Source: Nemertoderma westbladi (Eukaryota > Animalia > Xenacoelomorpha). From it: 60,457 bases of DNA. Under the pieces are notes generated by a model. That model had not been told where the DNA came from and did not search any database. It saw only the letters and a list, made by a program, of their open reading frames with translations. Positions 32,921-44,224 of this stretch are shown here, in pieces. The stretch lies in NCBI GenBank assembly GCA_032718475.1, contig JAUCBJ010005397.1, positions 1-60,457 on the forward strand. Direction: 5' to 3'. Numbering within the stretch: the stretch's first letter is position 1; each line of letters begins with the position of its first letter. A program made the position numbers and the translations under genes.

Positions 32921-33869
32921 TTTATTATTCAGAGTTTATGCAATTATTCGCAACATTCATATCCCCAAGTTAATTCCTACAGTAATTGTGCTTGTTATAT
33001 ATACCGTTATAGTTAAACTAACCCCGGTACTACATCAGGGCTGCTTGGCGTAGGTAAAGACTGGTGATTTTGTGCCCCGGACACTCCAGCAGATACCGTG
33101 GTTCTTTTAGCTGTTCAAGTATTTTTAACTACTGATTATTTGTTGTATAAGTACTTGTACCTAATTTAGGGTTTAGTGTACAGTGCTTTCCGAAGGTGAT
33201 TAGTGTGTGGGCAGTATATTTGTGTTGTAAAGTGGTTAATAGGCACGTTGGTTCTGGTAGACCGCGGTAATTAACTTCTACGTAGGAACACTCCGTGATA
33301 CATAACGTAGTACTTATAGCGATACGGCTATAAGTCGTCAGACGGTGGTATTTTTCCTATCTGGACAACGCAGTATATTTACTACTACTTATTATTTTCA
33401 AATACCGTAGTACCTTGTTCGTTTGTAATAACCAGATATTCTAACCCTTTGTTAGGCTGGTTTGTAGACTTCTTGTAAAATTACCCTAAAAATTCGTACT
33501 TGTAAATTTTTTGTGTTTATTTAGAGATTGTAATCTCACCCAGAATTGTACGTAATTTGTAGTATTAAGTAACTTAGGTAAATTAGAATTATTTGTTTTA
33601 GTGTCCAACAAGTAGCACTTCACTGAGAGTGCACAGCTTCTGTGTAGTGACTCCCCCCAGAAATAATAACATTTATTTCAAATATTGACAAAAACCCATT
33701 TTAACGGGTATATATATTATAAATCAACTCAAACGATTTATAAATAGTAGGCCTGCCATACAACAAATAGGTCTTAATATCAGTTGGACTATTGCTTAAA
33801 TAACGGTAATAAAGTAAGTTAAAGTAACCAAGTAACCCCTAAAATTCAGAAATTCAATTATTCTAAAAT

Positions 33870-34370
33870 AATTGACATACCGGTATTTACTATAGGCTTA
33901 TTATATTTATTTCTATAAATTTAAGCTGAAATCATACTGGTATTCTGTAATCAATTCTAGTCTGTAATTATACTTATATATATACTATAAGTGTAAGCTG
34001 TGTACCGGTATTCACGATAGGCCTATTATATATTTATAAATTTAGGCTGAAATTATACCGGTATTCTGTAATTAATTCTAGTTCATAATTATACTTATAT
34101 ATATACTATAAGTGTAAGCTGTGTACCGGTATTCACGATAGGCCTATTATATATTTATAAATTTAGGCTGAAATTATACCGGTATTCTGTAATTAATTCT
34201 AGTTCATAATTATACTTATATATACTATAAGTATAAGCTGTATACCGGTATTCACGATAGGCCTATTATATATTTATATATATTTGTGCTGAAATTACAT
34301 ACCGGTATTCTGTGACAAACCTAGTCTGTAATAATACTTATATATACTATAAGCATACCGGTATTCTAAT
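33870..34370. repeat. ~120-bp tandem repeats with TACCGGTA cores in BEL-C leader
   Basis: taccggtattcacgataggcctattatatatttata at ~34003, 34124, 34243. Confidence 0.85.
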
Positions 34371-34501
34371 ATATTATTTATATATCAAGTTACATTCAGT
34401 GACGATATCGGTAATTAATTACTAGTCTATCAGTTGATACTGAATTACTAGATTTGCTTTAACTGTAACATAGCAGTAGGCATTCAACTGTACAAACAAA
34501 C

Positions 34502-35312
34502 ATGTCTGACACCAAGCAAAACCTGTCAGACAGTCTCCTAGATACAACAATCTGTGACCCAGACAGGAGTGTGGAACGTGTGAGACCGAAGTTCAACTCA
34601 CCTCCTACTGTAAGAAAGATCATTCCCCCAGTAGTAATATCAGACCCTAGGCTGGTCCAACACCGTAGGTCTATCATAGGCACTCGAGCTCAGGTCAAGC
34701 GGGACCAAGAAGCAGCGGAACAGCAACAACCCGCGAGCCGAGAACTTATTTCTCAGCGGCCCGACAGCTCCAGTAGTGCGGATACTGTAGAGCTGACACC
34801 CGAGCACGGAGCAAAGATGACAGATGCGGTTTATTCGGATCCCCTTCTCATCCTTCCTGCAGCCGTACTCACTAGGTTATTGATTGCGGTGGAGGAACAC
34901 CAGATTGATTGGGCGAGAAGTAAGCGATCAACTAAGGATAGTTATGCGGGATACACAAGGGAAGAACTGAAGTCTATTGTCGAGTCGCAATGGAACTTCC
35001 CCGGACCCGGACTCCCGTTTGACTTATCGGAAGCTGCCTGGGAAGACATACACAGGATGGGAGTAACCAAGGAAACCATCGATCCAGCTGTGTGGAAGAG
35101 GTCCGCAGCCGGATACGTACAGGGATTCTTCAGCTCCATGGAGCGATTAGAAGAACAATTGTTTAGACAACCACAAGGACCTCAAGAGCAGGGAGAGCTG
35201 CTTTATCAAGTTCGAGAAAGAATTCTAAGAATCAGACTAATCCTATCGGCCTTTGAGGAGGCTTCGAAAAGAAGACAAGACACGTCGTTGCAAGTTGCCG
35301 TAAAGACTTGGT
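34502..35312 (+). pseudogene. gag: BEL-C gag N-terminus, interrupted by the Gypsy insertion
   Basis: MSDTKQNLSDSLLDTT start matches BEL-A; the rest of the 324-aa ORF runs into antisense Gypsy sequence. Confidence 0.75.
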
Positions 35313-38254
35313 CGATGGTCTTTCCCCTTCCTCCAGGTGGTAGTAAACTGGTAGCCGGCCAGTTTGCTTTTAAGCCGCTGGAGGCGTGTGTTGTCAGTTG
35401 CGTCGATGGTATATTTGTCGAGGATGGTCACCAACGGTTTATGGTCCACGATCAGTTCGAAGTGTGGGAGGCCTAGCAGAAAGAGGCGACATTTCTGGAC
35501 CGCCCACGCGACGGCTAGCAGCTCCATCTCCACCATCGCGTACCTGGACTCCGCGTCCGTGGTGAAGCGCGATCCGCACTCCACCAGTCTCCAGGTCTTT
35601 CCGTGGAGCTGGAGTAGTGCATATCCCAGTCCCTTGAGTCGCGAGGCGTCAGTGACCAGCTGAGTGGCCAGGGCTGGGTCGAATGGTGCGAGGACGGGCG
35701 GGGTGGTGAGTGCCCGCTTTGTCGCCTGGAAAGCTCGCTCGTGGTCGCTTGTCCAGATGAATGTCGACTTAGTGCTGAGTAGTGTACGGAGTGGGGACAT
35801 GGCCGAGGCAATCTCGCCGGAAAATGGAGCCAGCTGTTCCACGAGCCCCACGAAACTCCGGAGATCCGTGATGTTCCCCGGACGAGGGAAGGAAGCGATG
35901 GCACTGAGCTTGGCTGGATCGGCGTGTATGCCATCCGAGCCAATTAGGTACCCGGCGAATTTCACCTCGCTCTGAGCGAACTGGATTTTATCCGGGTGTA
36001 GAGTGATCCCCTGGGCCCGGCACCTCTCTAGGAACCGCCGTACGTCGGACATGTGCTCCTCCATAGTGTCGCTATAGATGAGCACATCGTCCACAACCTT
36101 GACGAGGTTGGGCAGTCCCTGAAGGGCGTCATCTCCGCGGCGGTTGTATTCGTCGCCAGACGAAATTAACCCCATCACGCTGCGGAGGTGGCGATAGCGG
36201 CCCCAGGGGGTCGCGAATGTGGTGAGGAGTTGCGACTCCACGTCGAGTGGGACTTGCCAGTATCCACTGGCGGCGTCAAAGACGGAGAAAATTCGAGCCA
36301 TTGTTGAAACTCCGGCAACCGCCACCCGTGGGTTCGGGGTGGGGTAGTACGGGCGTCGCACCTGCGAGTTGAGATGTCGCAGATCGACGCACAACCGGAG
36401 TTTCCCGCTCGGTTTTCTCGCGACCGTTAGCGGGTGGGCCCAGTCCGTGGGTTCCTCGACCTGTGCGATGACCTCCCGCCGCTCCAAGTCATCCAGGAGT
36501 TCTTTGACCTCGTCCCGCAATGCGAAGGGGATAGGTTGAGCACCGTTTACATGGAACGGGGTAGCATTCTCCTTGAGCTCGATGTGCATGGGTGGACCCT
36601 GCATGGTCGGTAACGGGGCCGAAGGGTCGTCCAGTACATCCGCAAACTCGAGGAGGAACTCCGCCCTGGTTTCGGGAACCGAGAAGGGGTTGTTGTCCCG
36701 CACGGACGCCGTGTTGCAACTGAGGGGAGTTGGGAAGTTGGCGGGGAGGATCCGTAAGTCCTGGATCACGGCCTTCGAGAGGATCAGGCCTTCGACCTCT
36801 GGAGAGATGAGGAGATCAGTCGTGGCCGACGCTCCCTCATACTCGATCCGCGCTGGGAATCGTCCCAGAGTTTCTAGGGGAAGTCCGTCGGCGGCAACGA
36901 GGTTTACTCTGTTTGACGGGAGTAGGTCCACGCGCTTTCCCCCGAGTCGGAGGAATTCCTTCTCATTGAGGAGCGTGGCCGCCGCGCCGCTGTCTGGAAG
37001 GGCGTTCCGAACTCGCCCCAGAGTGGCTCCGTCCCGGGAATCGCTGAGTTTGACTGTGACATAGGAGAGGTCGCATGTCGCTGGGTCGGAGGTGATGCGG
37101 TTTATGTCGTATCGACGTATAACCGTGTTGAGTTTCTTTGGCGCGGTTGTCTTGTCTTTGGAGCGACAGACCGACTCGAAGTGGCCCGTCTTCCCGCAGT
37201 TGTGACAGACCACGCCCTTGGCGGGGCACTCCTTGCCCTTATCGTGTGTCTTGTGGCTGCAGTTTCCGCAGTTGTGCTCCTGATTGCGTCCTCGTGGAGG
37301 GTTGGATGAGCGAGTATGGGAGGCGGATCGCTCGCGTTTGTACGTTGACAATTTGGCGACGGGTTTGCCGCTCGCAAGAATCGTCTCGTTACGCCCACTC
37401 GCCTCGACGCCCTGGGCGATGCGGACGCAGTCCTCCAGTGACGGCTGTGGGAGGACCTTTAGGAGCTCTGTGCGTGTCTCGGAGCACCGGATTCCCACGA
37501 GAATTTGGGTTACAATCTGCCGGTCACGGCAATGTCCGCACAGATCGGCGTTGTCGGCGAGCTCCTCAAGGGCGACCCGGAAGGAATCGAACACCTCATT
37601 GGGGCCCTGACGCCGCTCGTGGAATTTTATCGCGTCGATGGCGATACTCCGTTTGGTGCGGAGGTGTCCCTGTATAGCGTCGAGAATCAGCGCCGGGGTT
37701 GTGTCCGTGCTGTCGATGTCGACATGTAGGGTGACTCGCAGCGTCTCTTGAAGGGCGCTCCCCAGCGCAGCGGCGAGCGCATAGACCTGTTCGCCCATTG
37801 GGAAGTCGGCGACCTGCTGGCGCTGGGCGTGAACACCCCACGCGCGTCGCCATCGTCGGAACGTGGCGTAGTCGACGCTGGTGTCGATGCGTTCCAACGT
37901 GGCAATGTCGATGACGCGGCGACGCGGAGGAGCGGGGTTCGCCGCAGCCTGAGCGAACGTCGGTGGCCCATGTTGGGCCGCAATAGGAGCGGTAGCGACG
38001 GGCTGCAGCGCTGCGAGGAGTTGCGCCAGGCATGCGTCCGTGGCTGCCTGGGCGGCGTGGTTGTCCGCCTGCTGCTGCGCGAGGCGAGCGTCAGTGGCTG
38101 CCTGCTGCTGGGCAAGGAGCTGAGCCATGGCCGCCTGGTTATCCGCCTGTTGTTTTGTGAGTAGCATCGCAAAGTCATTGAGTTTAAACGGGGGGTTGCC
38201 CTCCTCATCGTCTGATGCGGTGGGGCTTTATTTCTTCTTGAGCTTGGGCGGCAT
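35243..38254 (-). pseudogene. pol: Gypsy gag-pol, truncated after RNase H
   Basis: CHNCGKTGHFESVC, LPDSGA, LRLCVDLRHLN, DAASGYWQV, VDDVLI, TDAS...EMELLAV...VDHKPL; homology ends at WRKGKDH. Likely ATG at 38254 (MPPKLKKK) with in-frame TAA at codon 9. Confidence 0.9.
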
Positions 38255-38339
38255 GTTCAATGTCGATGCCCCAAGTTTTCGCGAAGACGTGTTGTCGATA
38301 CAGCGATATGATTTCCAGCGTTGGTTCGAACGTTAAAAA

Positions 38340-38349
38340 CACTGCACCA
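38340..38349 (-). promoter_or_regulatory. Canonical tRNA-type PBS of nested Gypsy (TGGTGCAGTG)
   Basis: Begins with TGG immediately after the LTR CA. Confidence 0.75.
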
Positions 38350-38552
38350 TGTTGTGAACTATGATATAAGGTTCAGGGGAAGAGCAGAATAACTATGACT
38401 AAATATTATTCTCTATATACTCATACATGCCGGTACTGCGCCTAAGCAATACCGGTACTGCACCTAAGCAATACTAAATACTGACTGTATAAATAACCCG
38501 TAGGCCTACCAGCTGCCACCGAAGTAATGGTTGCCATGCAACGCACTCAACA
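38350..38552 (-). repeat. 5' LTR of nested Gypsy (203 bp)
   Basis: Terminal inverted TGTTG/CAACA, adjacent PBS. Confidence 0.8.
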
Positions 38553-38673
38553 ATATCCCTAATACCAAGTAGTAGTATTCCCACAGTCTCCAAGTTCAAA
38601 GAACTGCCAGTGGAAATCTCAGTTAGCTGAGCGCTCAACCCATGGAGAATCCACAGACGCTACATTTTCCCAA

Positions 38674-40181
38674 GTGGAAAGTGAAGCGACGGTAGAGAAA
38701 CCGCATAAGAGGGATGCTATTGACATCTATCTGTCGGACTATCAACGTTTTGTAGGAGATGAAGAGTTGAGGAGAAGGCTAGATGGACTTAGCCCTAACA
38801 GTGAAGGAGCCAAGCTTGTGTTGGACGCAATCGATGCGGATATGAGAGCTACGAACCAAGCTAAATTTGATGAACGCCTCCGCATCACTAGAGTCCAAGA
38901 AGAACAAGTAAAGAAAAAACGTATAGAAGACAGAAAGATAGCAGCAGCGGCAGCAGCAGAGGCAGAAGCAGAAAGAAAAGCGGCAGAAGTGGTTAGAAAA
39001 GCGGCAGAGGCAGCGGCAGAGGCAAAAGTGGCAGCGGCAGAGGCAAAAGCGGCAGCGGCAGAATCAGAAAGAAAAGCGGCAGCGGCAGCAGTAGAAGCGG
39101 AAAGAAAGCGAGCAGTGGCAGAAGCAGAAAGAAGGGCATCTGAAGAGACCACCCAACTAGAGTTGGAAAATATTCAAGAGAATCAAGACTGCATAAATAA
39201 ACAGTTAACAGCTAGTCAAATGCAGATGATGAGTCGATCTACTCCCAAAAGACAGGGATATACATCATCTGAGGAGGGCGATACCACCGATACTGAAGGT
39301 GGAGGAAATAGATCTCGTCTCAGCAGACGTAGAAGAATGTCCCACCGTCAGAAATTGCCTGATTTGCCCCCAGCTGTTCGAAAACAACTAACTAGTACAG
39401 ACTTAGGTAGTACAGAACCCATAGACCAAATTATTAAAATAGACAGACTCCCTACTATAGTAGATGAGCCTGAAATAATTAGGCCTGTTCCCGAAGCCAC
39501 CCCTTCGGTGATAGAGACACCTGTACTCCCAGAACCTACCTCTAAATTATCTTTGCATAGCACTAAGCTACCTGTGCCCAGCAGAACAGCCCATGAGACA
39601 GTTTATGTCTTAGACTCCAAGCGAAATATTAATGATTTGTCGCCCGTTGTCCCTCGTCCGCCCGCTACAACGTTGGCGGATCCCGCTTCGGCGGTCGAGT
39701 GGGTGGATGAGAGACAGCGGGGGATGGATCTCCTGCTCGAGCAGATGCAGGAGACTGTTAAGCAGTTCAAGGGCACAGTAAGGGAAAGTAGGTTAGAGTT
39801 GCAAGAAGTGCAGCAAAGTATCGCGTTAGAACGCGATAAATTAGTAAATACACAAAAGGGTATACCACCACCCCCGGTAACAATGTGTCAACCTGTTAGG
39901 TCTGAAGTATCTCATGCGCAAGGTGTGGAGCCTACACGCATCTATACTGCTAGTGAAGTAGAAACTCCTATAGTGAACCCTATTAAGGGTAATTATAAAC
40001 CTGTTGACAATGATATTCCCTATAGACTTGATCATAATCCGAGAAATTTATATACCGATAACTCGATATTAAATAACACGATGGCCCAAGAAAGTTTTAC
40101 GCGTCAAATGGCTAGAACCGAAGCCCGTCAAGCGGTAAAGGTGGGAGAGATCGTCAAATTCAATGGAGATGAGATGAAATG
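38674..40181 (+). pseudogene. gag: BEL-C gag coiled-coil/linker, truncated at the start of the capsid-like domain
   Basis: Matches BEL-A gag; homology stops at IVKFNGDEMKW (cf. BEL-B PPKFSGSSKHW) then jumps to RNase H. Confidence 0.8.
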
Positions 40182-42589
40182 GTTACTTTGGTTATTTTGG
40201 TCATGTTCTCCCTACGTATTCCTATCAACTCCATGTGTTTGGAGACGCCAGCGATATGGTAATAGGTATAGTAGCCTACCTAAGAGTGGAAACTCCGGAT
40301 GGAATCAAAGTCGCCTTGGTTACCTCTAAGGCATTGATAAACAACAAGTTGAAAGTTCCTCGAGCTGAGTTAAAAGCGGCTCTATACGCTACAGCCATCG
40401 ACCGGAATGTAACAGAACAGATCGACTATCCACTGGAGAAAACTGTCTATTGGACCGATGCTTTACTCGTGTTGGAGTATATAACCAATGAAGTCTGTCA
40501 GTTCAGTGTCTTTGTTACCAACAGAGTAGCCATTATACTTAGTCGCACGAAGATGGATCAATGGAGACATTGCCCCGGAACGATCAATCCAGCAGACATC
40601 GCCTCCAGGGGAGCTACTCCACAAGAACTGGTAGATACTCCAGACTGGTTAGGTGGACCCGACTTCCTCTACAAAGAAGAAGAAAAATGGCCTCCTCATC
40701 TTACTACGGCAGAGATCAGACAGGCCAAGGGAGCGGAGAAAGTCAAACCTAAAACTCGGGCGAGTAAATCGAAGTTATTTAAACCTATGGTAGATCTGTC
40801 TGTACTACATGTTTCCGGAGACGACGCTTTGGATCAGAAACCCACAGCCATAAATAAGTCTGTTGTGGAAATCCGTGAGAAGGATTGGAAATCTGGAATA
40901 CCAGACGTCTCGCAAGGACTCTCACCTCTCCTGCAGAGAGCGATACATCACTACAGTTCCTGGAATCGGCTCTGTAAAGCCGTTACATATTTAAAAAGAT
41001 GTTTTCATCATCACTACTCCGGGACGAAGACCAAAAGTGATACCGCTCCGCTGACATCGGTGCAGGTCCATGTTGTTAAAGATCTTCCCAAATATAAGAT
41101 ATCCGACAGGTTTCTGAAGGAGAAGATCAGTTATCAGGTGCATGAAGAAACCAACAAGCAGATGCTGAGACTCCTGCAATGCTATGAGGATTCCGATAAG
41201 TATTTCCTGTTGTTGAGAAATCCACAGATGCGCTTAAGGGATCGTTTCTCTAGCACAATGATAGATGGGTTGATACGTGTTGGAGGAAGATTAACGAATG
41301 CTCCATTATCCTTTGACACTAAATTTCCCATACTCATTAGAAATCTTGAGATACAAGTCAAGATGATTGTAGATGTTCACAGCAAACTTTATCATGCTGG
41401 TAGAGAATGAGTTCTTAGCGAAATTCGAACTCGCTATTATTTCTATAAACCCCGTAGAGCTCTGAACCAAGTTCTTAGGAACTGCATACCCTGTAGGAAA
41501 GCATTCAGTAGGCCTTTAACACAGCGAGAGGCAGAATTACCTAGGGAATGAGTAAGCTTCTATGAACCACCCTTTACTAATACCGGTGTAGATTTATTTG
41601 GCCCTATTGAAGTATATCGTGCTAGGACTATAGTCAAGAGATGGTGTGTCATCTTTGTTTGTATGACTTGTAGAGCTATCCATCTCGATATGGTGAACGA
41701 TTTATCTACCAACAGCTTCCTATTAAGCTTACGACGACAGATCGCTCGCTTTGGAACTAGTAACACGATGAGATCTGATAAGGGAACAAACTTCATTGGT
41801 GCCAACAATGAAATCAAAGCTTATGTCAAAGATTGGAACCAAAGACAGGTGGACGATCAGCTACGGGTAACAGCGTCTAGCTGGACCTTCAACGCCGCCA
41901 ACGCCCCTTGGTGGGGAGGAAGTTGGGAGAGATTAATAAGGAGTGTGAAGACCGCATTTCACTTTATAGTGCCGTGCCGCGCGTATCTCACCGACGAACT
42001 TTTGCGGACGTTAATGGAGGAAATCGCCGCCTATCTCAACGAGAGACCGCTTATGCCAGTCTCATCGAGTCCCGATTCCCTGGAAGCACTAACACCCGCG
42101 CACTTCCTACTGAAGAAACCTGTAGTCATGCTCCCACAATCGGAAATCACAGACGGAGACGAATACTGCCGGCAAACTTGGCAACTCATGCAGTTGTTAT
42201 CCCGTCGTTTCGCTGACCATTTCGAAAAACACTATCTGCCCACGCTACAACTTCGAACGAAGTGGTTTGCGCAGCAAGAAAACGTCAGCGCTGGAGACAT
42301 GGTCCTTATTGTGGATTCAGATCTTCCACGTAAGCGGTGGCAGACAGATTGTATCATCGAGACTCACATCTCGGATGACGGTTTGGTGCGATCGGTAGAA
42401 CTCGTCGTCATGCGACGTAACTTCAAGAAACCGGGAATTGTCTTCGAGACACAGCAGCTCAATCGCCCAGTTGGTCGTTTATGTTTACTGGAAAGAGACA
42501 GAGAACTCTCCGGAAACTATGGAAGACAAGATACTCTTCCCACGACCACCTCCCTAATCCAACAAACATCTAGGGACTCCCCAGCTTAG
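40182..42589 (+). pseudogene. pol: BEL-C pol remnant: RNase H + integrase with in-frame stops; PR and RT deleted
   Basis: LHVFGDAS...AYLR...PRAELKAA...WTDA...NPADIASRG; HSKLYHAG, GVDLFGP, SDKGTNF, GGSWERL; TGA at 41408 and 41548. Confidence 0.9.
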
Positions 42590-44224
42590 CAGCGTATGGA
42601 GTGGGTGTGTGACCATATTATTTTATATTCTTATCATTTTATATTTATGTATGTATTATTATGTAATTTTATTATAATCGTTTTCTTTAATTTTATTTAG
42701 CAGAATGTTATTTTAGCGATTATTTAGTAGATTAGTGCAATATATATTCGCATTTATTATTTAATTACTTATATATTATATATTTAGTGCGACGGCGAGA
42801 AATAATTATTTTTCTCTTTCCTTACTGTCCGTATTACATTACAAATACGTAACTACAGTAAGATGAAATATCCGTACTTATTAAAGTACAATAAAGCTCC
42901 TACTATATTCAAGTATTATTGGTAAAGTAGAGTATTAGGAATGCAAAATTCAGATCCTCGTGTCTCGGCTAAACCAAGCTCTGGGTAGACCTTGGAAACG
43001 ACTTGCCTCTTCTCACTGACATTGCTTCGTGCGATATTGCTCTCATACCGTATATTAAATAATACATATAGTAGCGTGATGTCCCTTTAACAGTAGCGTA
43101 TAACGCAAAATAAATCTGTTAAATCCTTTGACCATCTGCAATTCTAGTCGATTAAGATATCGCGGCACCCACCGATATACTTAAAAGACAAAATTCTAGA
43201 ATCAGTGGTTAACGTCCCCAGACAAGTTCTGGAATAAACTGGTGCCCATCCTAAATATTAATTATTAATATTTACAAAATCTGTCAAATTTTAGATCCTT
43301 TAAATTCTAGTCTATTAAGATATCGTAGCACTTACCGATATTCTTAAAAAGACCAATTTCCTAGAATCAAGGATCCTAGTCCCCAGACATGTTCTGGAAT
43401 AAAATTGTGTCTATTTAATATTAAATAATAAAATTTACGGGAATGAATTTAAATTCATGTTTTAATGAATTTAATAAATTGTCATTTTTATACAATTTAT
43501 AATATTACCAAAATTCCTTTAATTAATAGATCATGGGAGCGGAGATTCACTCTATTAAGTGTATTAGTGTGCGAGAATCTCCAATATATAGTCAATAGCC
43601 GATAAAATTCATAAAATCATGTATAGAGAGGATATTGACCATTAAAGAATTACTATTAAATAGCATCCCAGATCTGTATGCATGAGAATTACCCTAATTC
43701 TACCGCTAGCTTTCCATAATGTCACCATGGCAACAACCACGCTAGAATTAGAAGTGAGTTAAAAGAACAATAGAAAGCTTGCCCCATGGAATAGCATAGG
43801 GAATAAATAGCGCACTGCTAGTATCCAAGGATACATAATAAATAAAGTGACATTCTGGAAGGCACTGACTAACGGACAAATGGCCCGAATGTGTACAGTT
43901 TGTGACAGTTGTGTTGAATTTGTGCGTTTATAGGTGAATGTTACTGCTAAAGTGTGTTTACAGTAGCGAGTCGCAATTGTGAAAGTAGCCCTAACTCTCC
44001 AGAAAGAACCTGAAGTACATCCAAGCCTTTGGGACGGACAGTGGAGTGACTTGTGCCGGTTATCGTTGTCGTTGTGTAGCTACATCGTTGGCGAAAGCAC
44101 AGCGACGACGGTACATCGGCGCTGAGGATCTTGCACTGTCCGGGGGCAAAAGAGGGGTAGGCAGCGACGCCCGCTAGCCTAATATATAAACTCATTATAA
44201 TATTGATAAACTCATATAGCAGAT

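Larger units (their letters stand above)
35315..38552 (-). mobile_element. Nested 3'-truncated Ty3/Gypsy LTR retrotransposon (5' LTR, PBS, gag-PR-RT-RNase H; integrase and 3' LTR missing)
   Basis: Abrupt GC-rich block; 203-bp LTR with TGTTG...CAACA; TGG-starting PBS; PR-RT-RH order. Confidence 0.9.

Noticed and set aside
35364-38336. Many overlapping ORFs on both strands
   Set aside because: Shadow frames of the GC-rich Gypsy gag-pol; likewise the antisense/alternate ORFs over BEL-B gag (e.g. 21344-22069, 22678-23250).
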